Positions 50,913-63,407 of a DNA stretch of 64,000 nucleotides are shown one piece after another. The position numbers and the translations under genes are program-made. Under the pieces are notes generated by a model. It did no database searches. It saw nothing but the letters and a program-made list of their open reading frames with translations, and was not told the origin of the DNA. The stretch comes from Chrysomallon squamiferum (taxonomy: Eukaryota; Animalia; Mollusca). The DNA lies in assembly GCA_012295275.1 (NCBI GenBank), contig CM022670.1, forward strand, positions 32,426,001-32,490,000, in the 5' to 3' direction. Every line of letters starts with the position of its first letter. Position 1 is the first letter of the stretch.

Positions 50913-52734
50913 TTTTGTTATGTTACTTGTTTAGATAAAATTAGTTGTTTAATCTGGTTAGTTAATTAATAAATACAAAAATAACATGAATGTTCCTGTT
51001 AATATTACGTCACAGTTAATAAACTGTTTAATATTTTGTTTTGTATACCTAATCCCAGCAGCAGATGTTTGATTTAACAGCAGTAAACTGAATTTATTTA
51101 TCGTTTCATCTATAAAAGATTGCTTTAAGATATTTTTAACTTTATGATGATAAACTACAGCCTTTATTGAAAAACAATTAAATAAAATCAATTGATAAAT
51201 ATGTTAGCAGCAATTAAGAGTACTTAAAATCATATTTCAGCTGCCAGATTGCCTTTCTAAGTGCATACGTGCTACTCTTCAAAAACTTTGATACCCACAG
51301 TAATAAATACACTGAATGACAGTTGAATAATATAAGCTTTTTTGAAATATGATAACTTTTAAAAAGTACTAAGGACAGATTTCAATAGATTTCAAATTCA
51401 GTAATGAAATATTTTCAAGGACAAACTTCTTACATCAGAAATGAAACTCACATGTACTTCAGTTTTGTGTTTTACTGTTTATTTTTAACATTCTTTGATC
51501 AGAACACTGTTCAAGGATGCCTTTCATGCTTGTAACATCACTGAATTAGACAGAGATTAGCAGCAAGGACTCTTTTAGGAAGATAACGGTTTATTTTGTA
51601 TGGTACTGATGCACCAGTCAAAGAACATTAAATGGATATAACAGATATGTTTTGTATTTTGGGGAAACCATTCAAGTTTACCTGTTATTATCATAGTCCC
51701 AGGCTTTGAAAGAAGGTTCTATCCAAGCCAGAACAACTCAATTAAAATAGCAGCCATTAATACATTTCCAGTGGAAGATATAATTAAGGCAACATTCACA
51801 GTTCTGAATCTGATCTTGAAAATATGTGCTAATTTCAGATGACAAATTGTAAAAGAGTATCATGTTAATGTTTTTTAAACTGTTAATGTTGTAAATGATA
51901 CATCCACTACTGTCAGGTGATAGCATATTAGCAACTCATCAACTGCAGGTTCAAAATCATGGCTGCAGACCGTGCCTTCAGCATGTGTCAGATAACTGAG
52001 TGTCCATCACAAAAACAACAAGATTATACACCTGGTTCTTTAGATTCCTTTGGACCATTGTTAATCATTGTTAATAATTGTAGAAGTTTTTATGTCTCTT
52101 CTACCTGCTGATATATAAAATGAGATTAGATTTGCATTTTTATTGTTACTGGGTAGTTTATTCTTCTCTCATTCAACAACGAGATTGTTAATTATCTGGA
52201 TATCAATATTTGAATTACTTCTTAGGAAGAATAAATCTAAGTCTGAAGGAAAAGTCTGAAAAGATTTTTTTTTTTTTTACTGATGTTTACAGTTAAATGA
52301 ATCTAGCAAGTCTAGAAACACCTAATGAAAATGTATATGTATGTTTGTGTTTGTGTGTGTGTACAATAAATCTGATAAATCTTACAGCATTTTTTTTAAT
52401 GTATGTATATTCACTGCAGTTACTTATGCAGATCCAAGAAGGATATATGTACCCTATTACACCCTTATTACAGACTGATATTTTTTTATTCATACCTTTT
52501 TAGCAATATTTGATAAAATAATTTCAAATAAATCAAAACATTTTTTTTTTTAAATTGATGGCACCTCCATTTCAGAAATCTTGGATTTATTCCTGTTATA
52601 CCTCTCAGTTTTGACTGATGATGTGTTTATCTGGAATTGAGGTTGAATGTTTTAACAACTAAACTCTTACATTAAAATATTCAGCAGTTAAGATAATATT
52701 ATTTCAAGGATTGCATTTATGTATGAATCACAAA

Positions 52735-52880
52735 TACATACATACATACATACATAGATACATACACACACACACATACATACATACATACATAATACAC
52801 ATACATACATATATACATACACACATACACACACAAAGACATATATTTATATATACATATACAAACATACATACGCACAT
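52735..52880. repeat. (CATA)n/(CA)n low-complexity repeat
   Basis: Seen directly. Confidence 0.9.
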
Positions 52881-54043
52881 ATATGATAAAACACAAATCA
52901 TTTAATTTAAGGTCAACTACAAATTACGTTGATTATTACTAATTTATGTAGTGAAATGTGTAAGCCACAAAACCACAAACCCAGAAACTTGACACAACTG
53001 GAGGGATTAATGATATCAACATTTAATTATAAACATGTATGTTCTTTAATCTAATACTGAGGGTCTGTTTACTACAAGGATAAACACTCAGTTTTCACCT
53101 GCAACTAATTACCAGCCTGCAGTTTTCTCAAGCTTCTCCATGTTGCACAACACACTGCACACAGCAGGAGGTCTGTGATTTATACTGATGTAGGCTGCTT
53201 GTTGCTAATTAAAAGAAAAATGAAGCTGAAACAAGTATTTGATATATTTTGGGGAATTCCTTTTTTCTCTCTTTCCCTCATTTTTTTCTTTTTCTTCATA
53301 TTCTTTAGCCACTGCATTAATAATTGATTTACATTGTCTTTGAACATCACTTTATTTGTTTTTCATTTCTCTTTTTAAAGTTCAAAGACCAGTAAATAAG
53401 ATGTCTTTTAAAGATATATTTCTTAGAACCTTTGCTGTGTAATTAAAATGTCATTAACTTGGAACTGCACGTATTTTGCAGTTAGTTTTGTTCCTTTCTT
53501 CTCATTACATCCACTTGAAAAATATCTCTTAATTTTGTTCTTAAAATATTTTTAATCATCCCTTTTTTTTTCTTGAATCTTTTCCTTTTTCTTCCTTCTT
53601 CTTTTCTTTTTCATCTTTTTTTCCTTCTTTTAATTCTTCCTTTTTTAAAAAATATTCTTGCTTCTTATACTTTTTTTTTCTTTCTTCTATAATCCTTCTT
53701 GTGTGAAGTTTTAAAGGAAATTGCAAAGCCAGTAGATTCATCAAGGATATCATGGGATTTGTACTCGGTGAAAGTCAGGAAGAAAAAAATATTTTAAAAT
53801 TCAGTTGAAGAGGACACCAGGGAAATAATTTTGATTAGAGTGTGTTAAAGCCTGGTGCTATTACAAATACATTTGAGTTGTGTAGATTCAGTGCAGACTA
53901 ACATGGCTGATTGCATGATAACAAACAGTTAAGACTGAGAGTTGTTGTTCCTAAAGGACAGTAAAATTTGCTACTTTTATCATCTCACTTGTCTCTTCTG
54001 ATTATTATTTAAATAAAGCTACAGATCACTTTGATTCTCTTTA

Positions 54044-54150
54044 CAGTCCCCAGTGACACAGTGGTTAAGCATGCAGTATTAAAATTGACAGATATAAGGA
54101 TCAAATCTCACTACTGGCTTTAACTGCACTTAACATGGGAGTAAGAGGAT
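54044..54150 (+). mobile_element. Possible tRNA-derived SINE head (family B)
   Basis: It has a box-A-like GTGACACAGTGGTTAAGC and a box-B-like GGATCAAATCTC at tRNA-like spacing, but forms no cloverleaf. Confidence 0.45.
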
Positions 54151-55513
54151 TTCTATGTCTAATTTTTTATTTAATTATTTCTGTAATATTCTATGGGATG
54201 TTTACTATGTTAATGTAAAATAAAAAATAAATATTCATTGAAGTTAATCTTTATTCATTATTTTACAGTATTTTAGAAGTAATAAATATACAAAATAATC
54301 TGTGTACATTCTTGCATAGGAAACTATGGATATGAACATAAGACAAACTGTTTTTTAGAAATTAAAAAAATAAAATATAATAATAAAATCTCTTTAACAA
54401 AAAACACTCCATTGATCTTTTTAAAATAATGACAAAATTAGTGTGAGCATTAAAGTTTAAACTTAAGACAACTTTTTTTTATCTAATTTAATTAATGTGA
54501 ACTGCAAAGACCTTTTATAATTAATCCAAGATTTATAGAAAAAGACTTCTAGTTAGCAAACTATAAAGTTAGTGAAAATAATATAAATAATGTTTTTATT
54601 GTTCATCTACTGAAGACCAGTATGAATGTTGTCTAGTACTCATAAAGTAGTCTGAGTCTAATTGATAGGTTTTTTCAGTGAGGGGATTTGGTTTCCTCTG
54701 AAAGGAATAATTTCACATTTTATCCAAATTAATGTTTTTCCCAAAGGCTTAAATTAATAATGGAGTTTGATCAGTATTTATAATTAAATATAGATCACAA
54801 AAAAATCTAAACTGTAGGTACTCTATTATCTATTGTCTTTTTTTTATTATTATTAAATAAAGTATTAATTCAATTCATTTTATTATTATTATTTTTAGAC
54901 AATATTTTTAAAATTCATTCTGTGAACAAAAATGTTCATATTAAATTCAAAGGTTGTTATTTTAACATAATTTTGCTTATTTATTATGATTTTTTTTAAT
55001 ATAGTTTCTAACTTTTCATATTAAAATATATAATAACACAACACACAACTCAATAAAATAATTTAGTGACAAATTATAAAAAAATGAAGTATAAGCAGTT
55101 AATTTATGTTCTGTATTTCAAGCAAACAGAGAACAATTTTCCTTTACCATCTGTTTTCATTATGTGTTTGTCCATAGCCCATCTATTTGATCATCTATAA
55201 TATGTCTGTTAACCACATTTTTACTGGTCAATATCAGACAACAAATGGATCAATAATGAGGCATTTTAACACTGTTTTTCTCTCAATGAATCTTGTTTGT
55301 TTAGTAAATGGTGAGGTATAATGTTTATCAGTTTCATTCTGAGACACAAAATGTTTTGTGCCTTTCTTTTCCACTTGTTCATTTATTGAAAAAAATACAA
55401 ATGCTTGAGATATGCAAAATGGAAGGATTTAGAATATTCACACATTGCAGGGTAATTAGTTCATTCAGCTATTTGATTTGCTTCCACTAACAAACACATC
55501 ATCGATACCACTA

Positions 55514-55885
55514 ATGGGAGAGCAATTTAAATGAGAACTATTACTCTGGGAGAGCTATTTAATTTTGACATGTCACATTGAAAGAGCAACTTGAATTTAA
55601 AAAGCTCATTGGAAGAGCAAATTGTATTTGAAATGCCACATTGAGAGAGCAGTTCAGATGTGAAATGTTCTTCAGGAGAGCAATTTAGATTTGAAATATC
55701 ACACTGGGAGAACAATTTAATATTTGAAATGTCACACCTAAAGCACAATTTACTTTTCAAATGTCATATTTAAAGAACAGTTAAAATTTGACTAGTTCAC
55801 TGGGAGAGGAATTTTAATTTGAAATGTAACATTAGGAGAGCAATTTTAATTACAAATTTTTACTGTAAGAACAATTTAGATTTTA
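55514..55885. repeat. Degenerate ~31-bp minisatellite, ~12 copies (GGGAGAGCAATTTAAATTTGAAATGTCACATT)
   Basis: The AGAGCAA..T...TTTGAAATGTCACA motif recurs about every 31 bp. Confidence 0.88.
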
Positions 55886-56619
55886 AAGTTTTAGTTGGCA
55901 GTCAAACGGTAGCAAATGTCTGATAAAATTTAAAATAAAATTTTTACTTGTTTTTTTTTTAAATATATAAACATTTTACCAAATAGTTTTAGTGTTTTTT
56001 ATCACAGATATCAAATTATTTAATTTCATTAAAGAAAAAAGAAATTAAGATGCTAAGTACAATGGAAATGACATATATCACTGTCTGTATTTCTAATACT
56101 TTTTAAACTGACATTTATTAAGTGAGATATGTACTAATTACAATGCTTAAGGACATTTTATCTGATTTTCAGAATACACAGAAAAGAGGGGTTTTTAAAA
56201 TTTAATTTTAGCAGTCTAATTCTGTCAATGTTGCCAGTCTAAAGTATAGTTATAAATTGTTTTTATGGCAAATGCTTTTGTTTGTTTTTTATAGCCATTG
56301 TGTGTGTTTTATGTGTCTTGTGTAAAACTGACTGTCACACCCTCTTAGGGGAAACCTGAGACTGTTTTAAAATGTGCTTCAGTCTGTGGACTGAAACAAA
56401 CAAACCAACACAGTTTTTAGAAATATTCTTCACTAGCAGTTCACTATTCAAGACCTATACAGTTACTGAATGTTGTTTCCAAACTGCGATATCTTAATTA
56501 AATTTAATTAAAAGTAAATTAAAATTAATTATATTTCTCGTTTATTACAAGAGACTGTAATTATTGAACATAAAAATATAATGATTTGTACCATTACCGT
56601 TTCTTCTGTTTCTTCCATT

Positions 56620-56765
56620 GCTACTACTCCTGTTATTATCACTATGGTTACTACTACTACTACACAACTACCACTACTACAACTACTACTATTACTACTG
56701 CCATTGTAACACTACCAATACTATTATTATACTACTTATATTACTACTGCTACTACAACTACTTT
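56620..56765. repeat. Imperfect (CTA)n microsatellite
   Basis: Seen directly. Confidence 0.85.
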
Positions 56766-59072
56766 TTCTAGCACTGTGACAAATACTATTATTGTTATTT
56801 CTGCTAATGACTAATTGACTGTTAAAAATTAGTTTAAATACTTCTACTACTACCTACTTCACCATCTAAATAACAATCCAAACAATAAAAATTTAGCATT
56901 CAATACTTGTTATCAATAATGTATGGTACACACACATACTTTGTGTAGGAGTAAAAAATCACAACAACAAAAGTCCCCCAGAATAAAAGATGGCTGTAAA
57001 AACTGAACAGAACTATTGAGCTGAGGTTCAAAGACAGGACAAATTAGCCGTAAATCACCAAAATAACTTTTGTTGTTTACCTGTATAGAAGAACCTTGAG
57101 AATTTTTACGATGCACATTAGCATGGATGGACTCACCTGTGCATGTTTCATTTCACTTTGATAGCTTTCTTATAATCAAAGTTTGATTTTATTTTGGTCT
57201 GAATAGTTCTTCAAAACGATCTTTACATTGATATGCATTTGTTTGTTAATTAATTGGAGAGCAGAACTCAGGTGTAAGAGACTACAATGCAATTTGTTCT
57301 GTTAATGACAAAATTACAGTTTTACTGTCAGTGTTTTGGTTATAACCTTGAAAACAAAATTTGAAGTAGTTTACATGCAACTTTATCTATTGTCTTCATA
57401 TAAATTTATATACTGTTTGTCATTTAGTTGTTACCATTACAGTAATTATTAGTATTATCATTGTTACTCTGTTTTCTATACTGCTACTACATCTAATATT
57501 ACTATTCCTGTACTACTTCTACTAATAAAAATGATATTAGTTTTAGTAGTAGTATTATAACTACCAATATAATATTATCACCGCAGTCACTATTATTCCT
57601 TTTCCTTGCTGAATTGTTATAATATATATGCATATATATACATGTAGGCATGTATGAGTATATGTATATAGGTATGTATGTATATGTTGAAAACAATCTG
57701 AATAAAATTCACAAGTGTTATCACAGCTTATATAAACAGAGAGGCATCTCATCTGTTTTCAGATTATATTTATTGGCTTAGTAAAAATATTTTTCTTTTC
57801 TGGATGGGTGTTTTAATTGATGTTATTCTTTGTATAAATAGACACACTTTAATATAGTTTAAATTGACTGTATTTATTGAAAAAACATCCAGAGTAAAGT
57901 GTAATTCTAAACTAATTTAAAAACCTTTAGACCAAACAGTACTGCGCTATATAATTTATATATCTAACTGGCAGAATGTGGGTGTGTGAGAATAATTAGT
58001 TATTGTTAAACTTATCATATATTTTATATCAGAAAACACAGTTTTTTAAATTATCATCTATGAATGCTGTCAGACTGAAGATGTTGCCCCTCTTATTTAT
58101 AATTTGCTTTGCTCTTTTGTTACATTTATTATCTATAAATGGTGTTAAGTTGAATATGTTGCCTCTTGTTTATAAACTGCTTTACTCTTTTGATGTTAGG
58201 ACCACTATGTTGCCTGTTAGTATCAACCATGATATAAAAGATTTACATATATCTTCTGTAAAAACTGTCCTGCAGCATTAGCCAGTGAATGAATCATACC
58301 AGAATAATGATGAAGAGGACTGTCACACAGAACTGTGAAGATCTATTAATCAAGAATTAGAATTAATACAAAGAATATCATCTGTTTGTTATAAAATATT
58401 ACTTTGTGTGTGTGTGTGTGGTCAAAATCAAGATTTCACCATCTTTAATATTTTGTGCTTTGTTATTTTATCAAAGGGGAAAAAAAATCAAAAAAGTTTA
58501 ATTGCAAAGAATAAATCACTAACAAAAATTATTTTATGGATTAGATTACTACATAATATTTATATTAATAGAGGTATATAAATAAATAGTTACCCACATT
58601 AATATACAACTCTTTTTACTTTTAAGCAAATCAGTTATCTTGAAAAATGATGTTATATTAAACAATAATAATAATAAAATAAATAAATAAATAATAACCA
58701 AACAGAAAAACACCCAAATACAAACAAATTATTGAAAACCAACAACACAGCAAGACAAATATAAAATACACTAAGATAAACACACACACACACACACATA
58801 TATATTATATTATTTCTTTACTGACATTTGGAAAGCTAATAAGTCATTAATCCTGTGGGTTTTTAAATCAAATAGATGTTATAAACATCATTCCTGTTCA
58901 GCATCCTCGATTTGAAACGTTCCATGGCTGCCAATTATTCTGCTCTGAATGATGCTGCCCAGGGGACAGGTCAGCGCCATTGACACAGACCAACCTGCCT
59001 GCGTGGCTGACGAAGACAAGCTGGTGTCCCTGACTGGAATAAATTTACTCTTATTTCCATCAAATCTTGCTT

Positions 59073-59178
59073 GTGCTCAATGGTAGAACACTTGCTTGAG
59101 GCTCTATAGGCCATAGGATCAAATCCTTCCATGTGAACTAATTGGTCTATGTTTCATTAGTACCAGTGACTACAACTG
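59073..59178 (+). mobile_element. Degenerate SINE (family A) tRNA-like head
   Basis: It has a box-A-like TGCTCAATGGTAGAAC and a box-B-like GGATCAAATCC, followed by ATTGGTCTATGTTTC..CCAGTGACTACAACTG. Confidence 0.6.
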
Positions 59179-60214
59179 AACTGATTTAAAAACAGAATTA
59201 TTTCATTTATAGTTTTGATGTTTTATTTAATTTAATGTATTTAAGATACTTCTTGCTACTTATTTGTTATGGTAATAGAATTGTTTCAAATTTATTTTAG
59301 ATTGGTAGTTACAGGTTTAAATTATTTAATTAGGGTATATAACAAATATTTTAAAAATTATCAAATACATACTGATGTTTATATTTTTTTTTTTAAATTG
59401 TTTTCATTTAAAGTGAGTATTTTCACTTACTCTGACCATAAAAAAGAGAAAAGATTCATTATAATATATTAATTAATTGCTAACATATATATATGTGTGT
59501 GTGTGTTTGCTGGTATGTGCCAGTATGTGCATATATAGGCATTTACAAGACATGTTTAGACTTAAACACAGATGAATGGAAACACAGACGTGCATAAATA
59601 TAATTATCTTCAAAACATTATTTACATCATTTTACTGCTTCCTGCAATCAGGTTTGTGGATTCCATACATTGCAATTTGCCAGGAATTATTCATTTAGAT
59701 TTAAAGTAGTTTTCAAAACAGTCTGGAGAAATTTTCCAAGTTTAATTGAACCAATGCATGCACCAGGTTTTATCTGCTTTACTAAACTGATTTAAATAGA
59801 AGAAATAATGAAATAAGCAGAGCTTGAAAAACATTTATATTTTCAGAATTACAGTAGATTGATTCTGTGTTGTTATGGGAATAAAAATTAATAATTTGAA
59901 CTAGATAGCCTGTGTGATTGTGAAGAAATCAATTTAGATAAAATAAATATGATTCTTTCAATTTTTGGGGGTTTAATTTTATCATTAATGTCTTCATGTC
60001 TGGCCATTACATTTCATCATAGTGATTGACTTCGTTCAGTGTCACAGAGTTTAGAACTGGTAACTGAATATGTTGAGTAAATATACTTACTGATTAAATA
60101 ATTATTATTGTTAAAACACAAAATGTGCTTCATGTGATTCTTTTAAATATAAAAATATTGTACAGTAATATTGTCAACTGTCAAAATAAATAAATCAAAA
60201 TAAATAAAATAATT

Positions 60215-61535
60215 TTGATGTTAAGTCTACTTTAAAATAAAAATGAGAATTAGATTTTTATTTTCATTTTTGTTTTTTATTTATGTCTAATGTACTTTCA
60301 AATTAGGGTTATTTTATGTTTTCAGAGAGTGATGAAGATAAGAATATTTTTACTTTAGCTTAAATCATTAAATATTAGCTTTTCTAAGAAAAGACTATAT
60401 GAAAATTATTGATAACCAGTGTACATTCTTCATCAAAGAGAGAAAAGATCAAAATAATTTTTATTTTTACTTTTATTATAACTAAACACTTAAAAAATAT
60501 AATTTCCTTTTTTAAATTAATGGTTGTTATTTTATGTTTTTACTTCTGCCAAAGGTGAAGGTGATAATTTCTGCTGACTCATTTAATATAATCAAACTAT
60601 TAAAAAATATTAATGTACTAAAAATGTTATTTAAAGTTTTCAAAGTTTTTTCTTCAGCCATTGAAGATAAAATAATAATTTTGTTTTAATCATATTAAAT
60701 AAAATTAATTATGTCCTTTAAGGTTAAGATTATTTTCACTTTTTTTTTTCTTCAGAGAGAGGAGAAAACTATAAGAATTTTTGTGTTTGCATGAATTAAA
60801 ATAAAATGAACAAAATTTAATAATATCCAATGTGCAAAGTAGTTATTAAGTTTCTTCTTTGAATAGATGAGAAATTAATAATAAAAAAAAAATGTTTTTG
60901 CTTGAGTCATTTAATATAAAACAAAATCATAAATATTAAAATCAATGATATTCAATGTACTTTAAGATAAGAGTTATTTTAAGTTTTAAGTTTTTTTTTT
61001 TTTTTCTTAACACAAATGATAAAATTCTAAGAAAATATATATATTTTTGTTTTAGTCAGATAAAAATTTAAAAACCCCAGCTATTAATGATGTCCAATGT
61101 ACTTTAAGATTAGGGCTATATTCATAGATATATTACTCAGAGAGAGGACATAATTATAAAAAAAAATTGTTTTTACTTGAGTTGTTTAATATAAATATAT
61201 TAAAATTAATGATGTCAAAGGTACTTTAAATTAAAGGCTTTTTAAGTTATTATGTCTTTTCTTAAGACAAAGGAGAAAATTCTAAGAAATTTAGTTTTTT
61301 TTTGAGTCAGTTTAAAATAAATTAAAACTGTTAATGATGTACTTTAAGATTAGGGCTATTTTCAGTTGTGTTATTTAGAGAGAGGAGAAAATTACAAGAA
61401 GTTTTGTTTTTACTGGAGTCACGTAATATAAAACCAAATTAAAAAAATTAAAATTAATGATGTCCAGTGTACTTTAAGTTTTTTCTTCCACCAGAGGAGA
61501 AGATTAGAAGAATTTTAGTTTTTGCTTGAGTCACT
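60215..61535. repeat. Old, degenerate tandem repeat, period ~100-140 bp, ~10-11 copies
   Basis: AATGATGTCCAATGTACTTTAAGATTAGGG...AGAGAGGAGAAAATT..AAGAA..TTTGTTTT..CTTGAGTC recurs, with cores at ~60291, 60420, 60614, 60712, 60831, 60956, 61098, 61220, 61339 and 61468. Confidence 0.8.
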
Positions 61536-61734
61536 TTGTTTTATTCAATTTGTAATTGGTATGCATGAGGTGTGAGCAAAGTGTGTTTTCACTCTGCTTC
61601 TATTGATTTCACTGTAGGCAATCAGAAACATAATTCCAACTAACATGAAAACTTTCTTCTTTTGTTTTTTTTATTTTTCTCTTCTTTTTCCTTTTATTTG
61701 TGTTTATTTTGTTGTTTTATTTTATTTATTTTCC

Positions 61735-62020
61735 CACTTCAGTGAATCATAGTAAAAATAATGTTTCTTCATTTTTATTTTTATTTTATTTTTTACTTTT
61801 TACTATTTTTTTCTTGTGTTTTTTGTTTGTGTTTCTTTTCAATCTTTTTTTTTTTACATTCAGTAAATCATGATAAAACATATATTTCTTTATTTTTTCA
61901 TTTTTCATTTCATTCGTTTTATTTCTTATATTTTCTTTTCTGTTTTTTTTTTGTTTGTGTTTCTTCTCAATCTTTTTTTTTTTTGCTCATTCAGTAAATC
62001 ATAATAGAAAGTACATTTCT
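61735..62020. repeat. T-rich degenerate triplicate, period ~125 bp
   Basis: TTCAGT(G/A)AATCAT occurs at ~61738, 61859 and 61990. Confidence 0.65.
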
Positions 62021-62609
62021 ATTTTCTTTGATTTTGTTTCTCTTTCACTTTTTTTTTTTTATTTTCCTTCCATTTTATTTAATACCAATATTTTGTTTTT
62101 GTTTAACTTTTTATTTGTTGTTTCTTATTTTTTATTCTACTCAATCATGTAATAAAGCTTTGTCTGTTTTCATCCATTTTTCCTTTGGATTTTTTTAATT
62201 CTAATTGTTTTTTTTTTGTTTTTATATAAAATAACATTTCTAACTTTTTTTCTATTTCCTTCATTCATTTTTTTCATTTATAGAATTTCATTTCTTTCAT
62301 TTTTTCATTCAATTTAAAAAAAAGAAGGTTTTGACATTTAAACTTTTTTCACTCTTTCATCATTAATTCTTTCATATTTTTTCTTTTTTTTTTTTAGTTC
62401 CTATTTTCACCCCTGTTTTTCTCTTTGAATGACAGTTTTACAGCTCTGCTACCAGATCATGTTTCTTGTGTGTCAAAACTTTTGGTAACAGTGTAAAGAC
62501 AGGGACTGTCATTAATGAATGACTAACAATTGCCTCTTGAGATCAGAGAGCTGATTACAATGGCAATGATTCAGGTGTTTCCTTTTTCACAACACAAACA
62601 AAACCAGTC

Positions 62610-63130
62610 ATGTACTTGTGTGAATGTTTCTATCTGAGGCAATTTTCTATTGTTTAAAACCAAAATAAGCCACCTACTTGGTGAATATTGGGAATTTACC
62701 AGACCATCTACTAGTGTGAATATTTATAAGTAAAGGACTTTGTTGTTTATAAAATAAACCATGTACGAGTGTGAATATTTATAAGTAAAGGACTTTGTTG
62801 TTTATAACATGCACTAGAGTGAATATTTATAACTAAGGAAATGTATTGTTTAAAACATTAAACAACTAGTGTGAATATTTATAAGTAAAGGACTTTGTTG
62901 TTTATAACATGCACTAGAGTGAATATTTATAACTAAGGAAATGTATTGTTTAAAACATTAAACAACTAGTGTGAATATTTACAAGTAAAGGAATTTTTCT
63001 GTTTTTTAAAACATTGTTTAAAACATTAAACAATCTACTTGTGTGAATATTTTTATAAAGGACTTTTTGTTTATAAAAAGATGAAACAAACTCCAAAATT
63101 GTTTAAAAATTCTAGGAATATTTCTGCAAG
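62610..63130. repeat. ~50-bp minisatellite with a 100-bp dimeric unit
   Basis: GTGAATATTT occurs at 62716, 62771, 62819, 62871, 62919, 62971 and 63043, with alternating 48/52 spacing in the core. Confidence 0.92.
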
Positions 63131-63367
63131 GGAATTTGTTTAAAACAAAATTGTCAGTTTGTTTAAAACATAAAGGAAACCAGTCACCTACTTTAAGTAA
63201 AGAGATCTTTCTCTGACGGAGTGAATAATAAGGAATATTTCCAATAGAAAATGTTTTTTTCTGTTTAGAACATAGTTAAATGATATGCCTGTTACAGTAA
63301 ATAATAGTTTATATTTCTCACTGGAAAATTATCTTCTAGTTAGTGAACAAGGAATTGTTTATAACAC

Positions 63368-63369
<2 letters not shown>

Positions 63370-63404
<35 letters not shown>
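63370..63404. repeat. (CA)n microsatellite
   Basis: Seen directly. Confidence 0.95.

Positions 63405-63407
<3 letters not shown>

Noticed and set aside
15296-59178. Oppositely oriented SINE copies as dsRNA, ADAR or circRNA pairing partners, or as tRNA genes
   Set aside because: The copies are too diverged and far apart for stable duplexes, and the heads do not fold into cloverleaves.
5800-62152. Remaining 60-127-aa ORFs in the track
   Set aside because: They are low-complexity translations of microsatellites and AT-rich DNA, many with non-ATG starts and no domains.
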